Below are positions 1 through 12,329 of a stretch of 64,000 bases of DNA, one piece after another. The notes under the pieces are model-generated. The model ran no database searches, was not told the DNA's origin, and saw only the letters and a program-made list of their open reading frames with translations. This stretch comes from the human T2T-CHM13v2.0 reference genome, Homo sapiens: the NCBI RefSeq assembly GCF_009914755.1, contig NC_060935.1; one strand, given 5' to 3'. Each line of letters begins with the position of its first letter. Position 1 is the stretch's first letter. The translations under genes and the position numbers were made by a program.

Positions 1-1812
1 TCGTACCAGTACCATGCTATTTTGGTTACTGTAGCCTTGTAGTATAGTTTGAAGTCAGGTAGTCTGATGTCTCCAGCTCTGTTCTTTTTACTTAGGATTG
101 TCTTGGCTATATGGGTTCTTTTATGGTTCCATATGAAATTTCAAGTAGCTTTTTTTCTAATTCTGTGACGAAAGTCAGTGGTAATTTGATGGTGATAGCA
201 TTGAATCTCTAAATTACTTTGGGCAGTATGGCCATTTTCACAATATTGATTCTTCCTCTCCTTGAGCAAAGCATGTTTTTCCATTTGTTTGTGTTCTCTC
301 TTATTTCCTTGAGCAGTGGTTTGTAGTTCTCCTTGAAGAGGTCCTTCACATCCTTTGTAAGTTATATTCCTAGATATCTTATTGTCTTTGTAGCAAGTGT
401 GAATGGGAGTTCACTCAGGATTTGGCTCTCTGTTTGTCTATTATTGGTGTATAGGAATGCTTGTGATTTTTGCACATTGGCCTCAGAAATAATCCCACAC
501 ATCTACAACCATCTGATCTTTGACAAACCTGACAAAAACAAGCAATGGGGAAAGGATACCCTATTTAATAAATGGTGTTGGGAAAACTGGCTAGCCATAT
601 ACAGAAAACTGAAACTGGACCCCTTCCTTACACCTTATACAAAAATTAACGCAAGATAGATTAAAGACTTAAACGTAAGACCTAAAACCATAAAAACCCT
701 AAGAATACCTAGGCAGTACCATTCAGGACATAGGCATGGGCAAAGACTTCATGACTAAAACACCAAAAGCAAGGGCAACAAAAGCCAAAATTGACAAATG
801 GGACCTAATTAAACTAAAGAGCTTCTGCACAGCAAAAGAAGCTATCATCAGAATGAACAGGCAACTTACAGGATGGGAGAAAATTTTTGCAATCTATCCA
901 TCTGATGCAGGGCTAATATCCAGAACTACAAAGAACTTAAACAAATTTACAAGAAAAAAACAACCCCCTCAAAAAGTAGGCGAAGGATATGAACAGACAC
1001 TTCTCAAAAGAAGACATTTATGCAGCCAACAAACATATGAAAGAAAGCTCACAATCACTGGTCATTAGAGAAATGCAAATCAAAACCACAATGAAATACC
1101 ATCTCATGCCAGTTAGAGTGGTGATCATTAAAAAGTCAGGAAACAACAGATGCTGGAGGGGATGTGGAGAAATAGGAACACTTTTACACTGTTGGTAGGG
1201 GTGTAAATTACTTCAACCATTTACACTTAGAAGACAGTGTGGCGATCCCTCAAGGATCTAGAACCAGAAATAACATTTGACCCAGCAGTCCCATTACTGG
1301 GTATATACATAAAGGGTTATAAATCATTTTACTATAAAGACACGTGCACACATATGTTTATTGCAGCACTGTTCACAATAGCAAAGACTTGGAACCAACC
1401 CAAATGCCCATCAATGATTAACTGGATAAAGAAAATGTGGCACATACACACCAAGGAATACTATGCATCCATAAAAAAAGATGAGTTCATGTCCTTTGCA
1501 GGTACATGAATGAAGCTGGAAACCATCATTCTCAGCAAACTAACACAGGAACAGAAAACCAAATACCACATGTTGGCACTTATAAGTGGAAGTTGAACAA
1601 TGAGAACACATGGACACAGGGAGGGGAACATCACACGTCGGGGGCCTGTCAGGTGGTGGGGGACTAGGGGAGGGATAACATTAGGAGAAATATCTAATGT
1701 AGATGATGGGTTGATGAGTGTGGCAAACCACTATGGCACATGTATACCTATGTAACAAACCTGCACGTTCTGCACATGTATCCCAGGACTTAAGGTATAA
1801 TAATAAAAAAAT
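1..1812 (+). mobile_element. 5'-inverted (twin-primed) L1, L1PA7/8-like; 1-~479 is antisense ORF2, ~480-1812 is sense ORF2 3' end, 3'UTR and A-tail
   Basis: ORF2 peptides ([33 protein letters not shown]). Strand switch at tgcacattg|gcctcagaaat. 5' end lies outside the window. Confidence 0.9.
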
Positions 1813-2414
1813 GCTTCAGATAAATAAGACTGAGCTAACTAACCTCTCACAGAAAAAAAACAAAAACAAAAAAATAAAGTAAAATGGATTATTCCCTGCA
1901 GCCAGAAGGCTGTGAAACAGAACCTTTAGTTTCTTATTCTCCTCAGTTCATAGGACATTTAGGTGCAGCTATTGTCATCAGTTACACATGAAGAAACTTG
2001 TATTAGCTGCTTCAAGCTAATCGCAAGGACTGAGGACATTTTAGTACTCAGTACTTAGTACTTCAGTTCTCAGTACTTAAGTACTTTGAACCTCAGTGTT
2101 CTCAGTAGTAAAAATGATGTTTTTATATGTACATGTATTTTTTTTCTAAGAGTTGTAATGAGTAAGATCTAACCTCATAGCCTAGGCTTTAGAAGTTTTC
2201 AACTGGTATTATAATGTTTTATTTTTAGCTTGCTTTCCTCTTATACAAATGAAAATTATCTGGCATTAAAAAGAAATAAATCAAAACACTGGAATAACAG
2301 AATTTCAAGACTGCTCTGAGAAAGTTGTTTGTTTCATAAAAATGGGAATGAAGTTCTCTATATAAAAAGGAAACATCTTTGAAAGAATGTCACAATATTT
2401 TGTATAATTTTTGT

Positions 2415-2700
2415 CTTAATTTTATTTAATTGACACATAATAATTGTAAATATTATTAGGGTGCACAATGATGTTTCAAGACATATAATGTACAGTGATC
2501 AGATCAGGGTGATTGGCGTATTCATCTTCTCAAACGTTTATCATTTCTTTGTGTTGGGAACATTCAGTATCCTCCTTCTAGATATTTAAAACTGCAAAAT
2601 ATAAAAATGCCCACTGTAGTGATCCTGCAGTGGTATAGAACACAAGAACTGATTCTACCTAACTAGCTGTAATTTTGTATCCTTTAACAAATCTCTCCAT
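2415..2700 (-). mobile_element. Old L1MA-type 3' end fragment
   Basis: Similar to the antisense L1MA 3'UTR (gatcagatcagggtgattggc...tcatttctttgtgttgggaacattc). Confidence 0.65.
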
Positions 2701-5700
2701 ATATTCTTGAGAAGAGATGAAGACACAGTAAGATTTTTTTTTTGTCCAATCTCTTGTGGAGTGTGACACATTTAGCCTGTCTTTTATGTTATTCATTCCT
2801 TGGATTTAGCTCCCAAATGGTGAAGAAAACCTGCTCCCTTCAGCTTTTCTCAATCACTATAAGGATGGGCGAAAAAAAAAAATCCTTGGAAATAAAAGTG
2901 CTATATAGCAGGACTGTATTGCATATGAAATGTATGTTTAAAATCTGCAAAGATCACTATATATTTAGGAGAAAACACTCTAAAAATATACAGGTACAAT
3001 GCCAGGTGGCAGCTCAGATTTATAATCCATCAAAGGAGAGTGTACCTAAACTCATGGTCCATTTGATTTTCTGGTCACCCTAAACTTTTGGGAAGCTAAA
3101 TGTCATAAGTGATTTTGAAAGCAACCTATAGTGAGTTTTTGCAGGTAATAATGAACTCACAGCCAGCATATAATCAAGGAGAATGAGTTCTACAAATTTT
3201 CAAAAGGCTCCTGTGAGTATAGGTTACCTTTGGAAATGAATGGAGAGAATGAGGTTGGAAAGGGATAAAAAATGTATTTCACATATATGTGCAATGTTTT
3301 ATGACTAAAAAAGCATGAACCAAAGCAATTTTAACCAAATATTAATATTTGTTAAATATGATTATTTACTACATGAATGTTCATTGAATTATATTTCTTC
3401 CGTATATCTGAGATATTTTATAATTTTAAAATTTATTTTCAAATAGGATCTCATAATGTAACATGGATGGATGCCTATTTTAGGACTAAGTGAGAGTAAC
3501 TGTATAAAGCATTTTGGAAGACATAAAGGTAAATGAAATGTAAGCAGTACTTTCACTGACTAGCAGAGACAGAACCTCCTCGTGGAGGCAGGCAGAAAGT
3601 GTTCCGTAAAAATCCGGGATGGTATTCATGTGGGTTATCATAGATCTTGTGCCCCCTGGAATGTTCCATGAAGCAGCCCAGGGAAGGAAAAATGAGAGAA
3701 AAGAACACAAATAACCAGAGTGCCATTTACAAATTGAAGTGAACAAAGCAGACAGGACCAGTTTCCTGAATGCAGTAACTTTTGAAGTCAGTCTAGAAAG
3801 ATGAGTATAATTTGGGCAGGTGATGGGGTAATGACAGACAGGCCACTGCAAGTGGATGGAACAGTTAATGTCATTAAAGGAGGGAGTCTGAGGTATTTGT
3901 ACACCTCTTCAGCTTGGAATTTCACTCCTATTTACCACAGATACTCTGTTACCTGGCAAAACTCAAACTGGCTCGAAATCTGGTGAGATAAAATTCTGCC
4001 CAACCTCACCTTTTTTTCGCTGTCTCATAGCCCCATGTTACTTTCCTTCATCTATCATTCTTTTTCTGTGATTTTTGCAAGGCACCCTTTTGCACTAAAG
4101 TCTTTAAACTGTAGGTCACCTCTCTCAGGGGCATTTTCATTCCAAAACAGGACCACGGGGAAGGATGGGGCTTTCAATGATAAAGTACCTTTGCCAGAAT
4201 CTTTCTTAAAGAATGCTACCCTCCATTTAAGAGGCTTCAGTTGCCTTTCAAATACACACACAAAGTCCATTAAATATGAACTTTTCAGCATGACTTTAAA
4301 GACCCTAATGATCTGTCCTTGTGCACCATTTCAAGTTTCCTCACTACATTCTATGTACTACAGCACTCAACATCTGGACTTCGTTCTGTCTCTGTGGGAG
4401 GCCCATATCTGGGAGTGGCAGGGAGCTCAGGCTTCAGAAACAGATGGAGTTCAATTATATTATTTACCAGCAGTTTTACTTTGGGTAAATTATTTTCTCA
4501 GAGAATGTTGGTTCACTTTTTCTCATTCATCTTTGAATGGCCTCCTTTGCTTTTGTTGATGGTTGAAGGTATAAGTCCCTCCCCTGCCCCTGCCGCCTTT
4601 CCTGCACCTCCAACCACACATTTTAAATGAGTTTAACCTGACACATTTTATATTCCTCTTACCACGCTAGAAAGTAAGTCTTTCTCCCTGCCCTTTGTTT
4701 GTTTGTTTCTTTGCTTCACGGTATAGACTGCCTTCCTCAAATCTGAGATACATTATATTGGCTTTTGGACTTAAACTACCCATATTCTACAGTCTACAAA
4801 GTCTGACTACCATAATAAAACACACAGCATTTAGGAAGACTTAAGAAATACATATAATTCTGCTAACCACATGTAGATGAAATCACTTCCTTAGGTAAAG
4901 ATGTGACACCATTGTGGTAAGGTCTAGGTACCCAAGTGTAATAATTGTACAAAGCAAAGTTTTTTTTGTTTTTGTTTTTGTTGTTTTGTTTTGTTTTGCC
5001 TTCGTGCTGTTGATCTGGAGCATTAACCAAAACCATGTGAGGAAACTTCAATATGTGAGGTCATCAGGAGAAAGGTTTCTGATTATTATGGGTTATGAGC
5101 TTAAAGTGGATTGCTGGTACATTTTCATAATCAAATCTTAATCCTAGGAAGCACTCAATTGGTCATGTAAGCTAGCACTGACATAAGGCAGGTCCCTGTG
5201 TATGGGGCATAAAAGAATGTATACCATACAAAAGGAAGTGATCATCTAGAACAATTCCCAAATTGTGTTTGTTTTTTTATTGCAAATATAATATAAAACA
5301 ACACTGAAAACCATTTTAAAATAAAAATCACTTATAACAAGTTCTAGTGCCTTTCTTTTGCATATTACCTTCTGGTCCTTGAACATAATTATACATATTT
5401 GACATATTTTCAAACATTAACATAATGTATCTGTATTTAACATGATGCTCTTTATTCCATAATTTGTCTTTAATATTTTTTCTTTCATTAATATGTTTGC
5501 ATTCTGTTAAAAAGTGTGCTAAGTGTTGAAGATAAAGTGAACAAAACTTGCACATTACAACATATGCATACATATACATATATATATGTATATATTAAAC
5601 AATTAAAGAAAATGGGATTTCCATTAGTAAGGAGGAAGTTGGGAATACATTTTTCAATAAGTAATTAATAGTGTTTACCATAGCCTATTTGCTGCCTAGA

Positions 5701-6454
5701 TGAATATATATATATATATAGACACACACACACACAAACATATATATATAAATTTCAATAATGCACACACATTATACTTCAAAAAAAAGAAAATACCAAG
5801 TTGCTTCCATGAACTACTTCATCCTAAAGTTAAGTATTTCTGGGTAAGCTTGCTATTCTCTTTAGAACATTTTGATACGATTCTATGGCTAAAAACCAAA
5901 TTATCTACCTTTGGATATGCATCGTGTGATGACATAAAAGGAACAGGACATCTGTATAAAAGGTTCCTTTCTAAAAGGGAGATTGAAAAATTAAAAACAC
6001 AGTAGTCACTGGAACTTAACATATAGCATACCCCCATGGACAGGAATAGTTTGGATTCTCAGTCATGGAAGTGGAGTGAGTTGGGAGATCAGTCAGTCAT
6101 TGGGCATCCCCTGATTCTGTTCTCTAAAAGAATTCCCTCCATTTATTATCCTTCATTGTCTTGCTTCTGCCTTCTGAGAGAATCTCCCTTGTCATTCTCT
6201 GTCATGACCTTACATGAGATGAGCAACTGTGAGAATGCTCCTGCTAGAGAAAGCACATCCATAGTATCCGCTTTCCTGGTAGTTTAAAATCAGGGATCTA
6301 AAGGTAACCTTAATAGCTGAACAATTTGCTTTTACAGCTCTATGGTCACTGTTGCATAGTGTCCAAGCGAGAAGTTGGACATTGTGGCATGACAGATAGG
6401 TAGATAATATATAAACATATAGGTGTGGCTGCCTTGCAATGAAAACTATTTACA

Positions 6455-6700
6455 GGACAGACCCTGTGGCTCATGCCTGTAATCCCAGTACTTTGGGAGA
6501 GGCCGAGGCAAGCAAATCACTTGAGGTCAGGAGTTCGAGACCAGCCTGGCCAAAATGGTAAAACTCCAGCTCTATTAAAAATACAAAAATTAGCCGGACG
6601 TGGTGGCACATGTCTACAGTCCCAGCCACTTAGGTGGCTGAGTCAGGAGACTCACTTGAACCCAGGAGACGGAGCTTTCATTGAGCCAAAATTGTGCCAT
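6455..6700 (+). mobile_element. Alu (S-type), 3'-truncated with no A-tail
   Basis: Left arm, A5TACA linker and most of the right arm; the match stops abruptly at gtgccat. Confidence 0.9.
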
Positions 6701-6831
6701 AGTCTACCTCGTTAACCCAGACGATTCCACATTGTAGAATCTGGTACTTTCAATTTCTTGCTGTTCTGAAATAAATTATGATCCGACAGTAACAGAAAAT
6801 CTAATGCAAAACAGCTTAAACAGTGAGGAAC

Positions 6832-7731
6832 ATGATCTCATTCTTTTTATGGTTACATAGTATCCCATGGTGTATATGTAATGCATTTTCATTATCTAGT
6901 CTTTTATAGATGAGCATTTAGGATGATTCCATATCTTTGCTATTGTGAAGAGTGCTGTAATGAACATACACATGCGTATGTCTTTATATTAGAAAGATTT
7001 GTATTTCTTTGGGTATATACCCAGTAATGGGATTGCTGGGTCCAATGGGATTTGTCTTTTCTTTGAGGAATTACCACATCGTCTTCCACAGTGGCTGAAC
7101 TAATTTATACTCCACCAACCGTCCATAAGCATTCCTTTTTCTCCACAACTTCGCCAGTGTCTGTTATTTTTTGACTTTTTAATAATAACTATTCTCACTG
7201 GTGTGAGATGTTATCTCATTGTGGTTTTGATTTGCATTTCTCTAATGATTAATGATGTTCAGCTTTTGTTATATATATGATTGTTAACCCCATGTATGTC
7301 TGCTTTTGAAAAGTGTCTGTTCGGGTCCTTTGCACACTTGAAATTTTTTTTTCTTGTACATTTAAGTTCCTTATAGATACTGGATGTTAGACTTTTGTTG
7401 GAAGCATAGATTGCAAAAATTTTCTCCCATTCTGTAGATTGCCATTATCCTTAGCAAGCTAACCCAGGAACAGAAAACTGAATACCACATCTTCTCACTT
7501 ATAAGTAGGATCTAAATGATCAGAACTCATGGACACATAGAGGGGAACAATACACACTGGGGACTTTTGGAGGGTGGAGGTTGAAAGGAGGGAGAGGATC
7601 AAGACAAATAACTAATGGATACTAGCTTAATACCAGGTGATGAAATAAGCTGTGCAACAAACCCCCATGACACAAGTTTACATATGTAACAAACCTGTAC
7701 TTGTAAAGCTGAATTTAAAATAAAAATTAAA
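6832..7731 (+). mobile_element. 5'-inverted L1 (L1PA15/16-like 3' end) with 14-bp TSD
   Basis: TSD aaacagtgaggaac at 6818-6831 and 7732-7745, preceded by a TT/AAA endonuclease site. Antisense 6832-~7441, sense ~7441-7731. Confidence 0.9.
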
Positions 7732-8279
7732 AAACAGTGAGGAACGTTTCTTTTCTTGCAACTCTTAATTAGGGTTCCTTCAGAATTGTTTAATGCATCA
7801 ATTCGCCAGCTCACCCATCATAATTGTTTGATATGTCTCTCAGATCCCTTTTATGTACCTGTTTTTCTCACATTTCGTCTCTTACAACTTATTCGATGGA
7901 CCACTTAAATGTGTTTTGTTTCGTTTTGTTTTTGTATACTTACCTACATTCCAGACTTTGCTGACTGCATTCTCTTGGTGTGGTTTATCCTGTTACTTGT
8001 TTCCCTGTATTTTCTGTAACTTGAAAGTTAGTTTTAAAAACATGATCAGATCCAGATTCAATTTTTATCAAGAGTATCTCATGGTGGGTATTTTATATTT
8101 CCCTAAGACAGCACATAATGCCTGGCTCTCTCTCTTTTATTGCAATAATAGCAGTCATTGCTGATCATTGTATGGATTCATTACTTCATTAGGATAATTC
8201 ATTATTTCACTAGGATAGGACCTCTTAAGATACAGAAATTGAGACTCAATTAGGTTCAAGTATATATACAAAGCCAAAT

Positions 8280-9085
8280 AAAATGTGTGGCAAAATTCAT
8301 CAGCAAATCCTTTTGGCTCTAATTTCAAATTGCAGCTTGAATAGGACCTTTTTACTGCACCTCCTTCACTACCATATTAGTTCACCTCTGATTTCCTCTT
8401 GCCCGGACTACTTCGGTAGCACCTTAGTTATCCCCGCTTTACTTCCTCTAGACTGTTTTCCACATAGTAGCAGAGTGAGTCTTCAAAAACTACCATTTGA
8501 CTGAATGCCTGTTTTAACCTTCTAATGACTTATCATCTCAGAAAGAATATAAGACAAATTCCTTATCAAGGTCTACAAGCTCCTACACTATGTAGCCCTT
8601 AGCTTTCTCTTTTACTTTATTTTCTGCCACTATCCTCCTGCTCACTGTTCTGTAGACATAGAGGGCTCCTTATTCCTCCTTGAACATTTCAAGCATTTTA
8701 AAATTCAAGACCTTTACACTTGTTTTGCATTCTGCCTGGGATGATCATTTCCCAGATATTTGTGTGCTTTGCTTCCCATTTCATTCAGATTTTTGCTCAT
8801 CCTTCACCTCCTCAGAATGAAATTTTGTGATCTCACCTTTCAAAATTGTACCATTCATTATTCTTTGGTCGCATGCCATGCTTTTTGTCTTTTTTTCCGA
8901 ATGCTTTTAAATGCCTTACATTGCATGCATTTATTGACAGTTTTTTTCCATTTGTATGTGAACTACATGAAGGAGGGATTGTGATTGTATTGCTCATCCT
9001 CTTGATACGATAGGATGAGCACAGTGTCTATCACATAGTAAGTGCTCATTAATGCAAATATTTTAATGAAAGAAAGAATGAATTA
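8280..9085 (+). mobile_element. L2 3' fragment
   Basis: catcagcaaatcc... through the L2 terminus cacatagtaagtgctca...gaatgaa. Confidence 0.7.
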
Positions 9086-9787
9086 GAACAAGAAACTACA
9101 TTAAGTAACTCAGTCTTCATAAAACTCTATTTAGGTCACACAGTGTGATAAGTTTTACCTTCTATTTTGCTAGACTCCATATTGATCTAAGAATTCTGGG
9201 CTTACATAGTTTATGAGGCCAGTTTAATGTTCTATTCACAAAGTCTAATCACTTTGGAAAACTACTGCTTCCTGAGACAAATTTACTCCTTATCTGGTTC
9301 ACAGAAAACCTCTACCTCCTTTCTTTATATTTGATTCCATTTAAAGAGGAAAAAATATTCTAGTGAGTAAGAGTATTGAAAAGATTAGAATTAATGCATG
9401 CAACGTTCCCGAAATATTGTTGATACTCAATAAAACCTAACAGTGCTAGTAGCAGTAATCACAGGAGCAGTTGCTATTATTTTTCAGCTATATTGTATTT
9501 GTTTTGTTTGTATTTCCATAAGATAATCACAGTATAGTAAGGAGTCGAAGGGAGGGTCACTTAAGAAAATTATTATTTATACTTACATAAACATTATTAA
9601 TCTTGAGATAAAAATCTATGTGGAGAAATACAATAGCAGTTTTACAGAAAAGGCTTCATAAAATATGAACTACTTAAAGGAAAACCATAAAATCCATGGC
9701 TTGTACAGTGGAATTAAGTTTTCAAGATTACATTACTAAATCTTGGAAGATTTGCTAATAACCAGTGGCTAATTTCAGCAAGGAATT

Positions 9788-9835
<48 letters not shown>

Positions 9836-9862
9836 TATATATCTATATCTCTATATTTATAT
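9788..9862. repeat. (TA)n(TG)n microsatellite
   Basis: Read directly from the sequence. Confidence 0.95.
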
Positions 9863-10592
9863 TTCCTTGTTATTTAAGGAAGTCATTATATGGTAGCCAT
9901 TATATGGTACTGCCTAATAAATAGTGTTTGCCTCACAATAGCCATTTAAAAAATGTTACTTTTTTCTCCTCTTCACACTCTATGGGATTTTTATTCCTTT
10001 CATGGGAAAGAATAATAAATCTTCAGCATCAAAAATAGAAGAATAATTTCATTAGGTAAAATATAATTTGCTTTAAGTGATATCATGAAGTTCCTGATGC
10101 TTGAAATAACCCATTTCTAGAATTCTCCTCAGTCACCTTTGGATATCATAGTATTTCCTAAATTTCTTGTGAGCTTCCATTCTTCATCTCACAAATTTCA
10201 TTCTTGGAGTTATTTTCTTCAAAGAAAGTAGAAGATATGTCCTAAATGTGTGTGCTTTAATTATTTCTTTAGTTCTTTATTAGATGTTGTTACTTTTCCT
10301 GACAAAACCCAGTAGCAGGATATGACTGAAAACCATTGAGACAACATTGAATCTCAGAATATTAATAGCCAATCTGCCATTATTCCGTGTAGGCTAACCT
10401 ATTAGGTGATTAAGATAGTGCATGGCTACCCTCTATAAATGTCATGCATAACTGATTATAAAGAACAAATCATTGTGACCCAGAACTTATAAAACAAGAC
10501 CTAACACTGGCAAAATTACATATGCAACTTTGAGAAAATAATTTACTTTCTCTTACTATCATTTTCTTTATGAATTGAATGTGCAGGTTATA

Positions 10593-10745
10593 TCAGTAGT
10601 TTTCAAATTTAGAGAGCATGAGTGTGTGTATTACAAATTCAGATTCTCGGACCCTTCCCTGAGAGCAGTAGTTTTCCTGAGAAAGACTGAGGAATCTGCC
10701 TTGTAATACATACTACAGGTGGCCTTGGATCTCACTCTGAAATTT
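10593..10745. mobile_element. MER5-like hAT-Charlie relic
   Basis: cagtagttttcaaa...cagattctcggaccc...ggaatctgc...cactctgaaa pattern. Confidence 0.5.
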
Positions 10746-10923
10746 CATAAGGTGTCCTCTAGCTCCACAATTTCTAAAAGCTTTTTTTTCATTCTCTAAG
10801 CATTGTGTTTCCAGTGGTATTTTTACATTTTAAGCCCTAATGGCACAATCACTGAAGTGGATCAAACTGAGAATGCTTTTAGGCACCATGTTTCATCACT
10901 CAGAACTGTTGCTAAAAGACTAT

Positions 10924-11275
10924 TGTCATAGTCCATTTGTGGTGCTATAATAGAATATCACAGAATGAGTAATTTGTAAACAGTAGAAATGTATTTCTTA
11001 TGGGCTTGGAGGCTTAGAATTCCAAGAGCAAGTTTCTGTCATATTGTATGTCTGGTATGGTCCTGTTTGCTATGCCCTCACTTAGCAGAAGAGCAGAGAG
11101 CAAGACAGCGCTGTCATCCACCTTGAGCCCTTTGATAATGGTGCTTTTCCCATTCATGATACATAGCCCTCATGACTTAATCAACTTCCAAAGGTCACAC
11201 TCCTTAATACTGGTGCCTTGGAGATTAAGTTTCAACATGAATTTTGGAGGGGACACCATCATTCAAACCATAGCA
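10924..11275 (-). mobile_element. MaLR solo LTR (MLT1A/MST-like)
   Basis: tgtcatagtccattt...ggaggggacac...caaaccatagca termini. Confidence 0.8.
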
Positions 11276-11527
11276 ACCACTGAATACAACTTTTAACAAT
11301 TTCACTGGGAACTCCATTTTATATTTCTATAGAATTTTTATCAGAGAATCAAAAGGTCCTTGGAAAACCAGTTTGGCATAGTTAGAAAGTTTGCAGTTCA
11401 TATGGATCTACCTCTCACATAGGCAAAATAGGACTGCACATAAGACATATCATTAACTTTCAGGTAGTAATTTTTGCAGGAGATAAACCATTAAGGCAGC
11501 CCAGTGAAAGGGGTCCAATAATCTATG

Positions 11528-11530
<3 letters not shown>

Positions 11531-11580
<50 letters not shown>
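11531..11580. repeat. (GT)25 microsatellite
   Basis: Read directly from the sequence. Confidence 0.95.
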
Positions 11581-11582
<2 letters not shown>

Positions 11583-11755
11583 ATTGGTGGCATTACCAAT
11601 GATTTCTAGCATGATGATCTGTATTGCCAATTTTCTTGTTCTGATTCACACAAAATATCTTACTCCTTCCTGTCAAGTTTGTGATGATTGTTTATATCTT
11701 AGCAAAATCAAGGCTTTATTTAATTTTCTTAAATGCTGGGAAATAGAAAACTGAA

Positions 11756-11902
11756 ATATACATATATATACACACCTGTATATATATAAATACATCTGTG
11801 TATATATACATATATATATACACACACGTATATATATATATTTATAGGTGTGTATATATATAGGTGTGTGTATATATATAGGTGTGTGTGTATATATATA
11901 TG

Positions 11903-11967
<65 letters not shown>

Positions 11968-11968
11968 G
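11756..11968. repeat. Compound (TA)n/(TG)n/(CA)n repeat
   Basis: Read directly from the sequence. Confidence 0.95.
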
Positions 11969-12329
11969 CCAGAGTTAGAAAACAATTATGTCATACAGTC
12001 CAAAATTCAACATTGCACATTGATTGGAAAACACAAAACAATCATTTCTAAAATCAAGTGTTCCAGTTAGTCTTCTGAATATGTAATGAACTTGTTTATC
12101 TCTGTGCCTTTCTTCATTTGTTCTATTACTTTGAGTGCTCAGCTCTACCCTTTGAAAATCATATGCATTCTTAAAGAGCCAACTCAAATGACTTTCGTTT
12201 CCTTCTACTACTCCTGCTATCCCCACTTGGAACAAATGGGTGCCGTCTCTCTGCTTCTATATCATTGGAACATATTCTAGTACTGACAGCATGTTCTTCT
12301 ATATTTAGTATTAAATGAATATTTTCAAT

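Noticed and set aside
333-659. 108-aa ORF spanning the L1 inversion junction
   Set aside because: TTG start; a chance fusion of antisense and sense ORF2 sequence.
2041-2110. Clustered AGTACT/CTCAGT repeats
   Set aside because: Short slippage-type low-complexity sequence; no constant repeat-spacer structure, so not CRISPR-like.
4035-4630. 174-aa and 103-aa overlapping ORFs
   Set aside because: No recognisable protein, partly L2/MIR-like sequence, and no supported splice structure.
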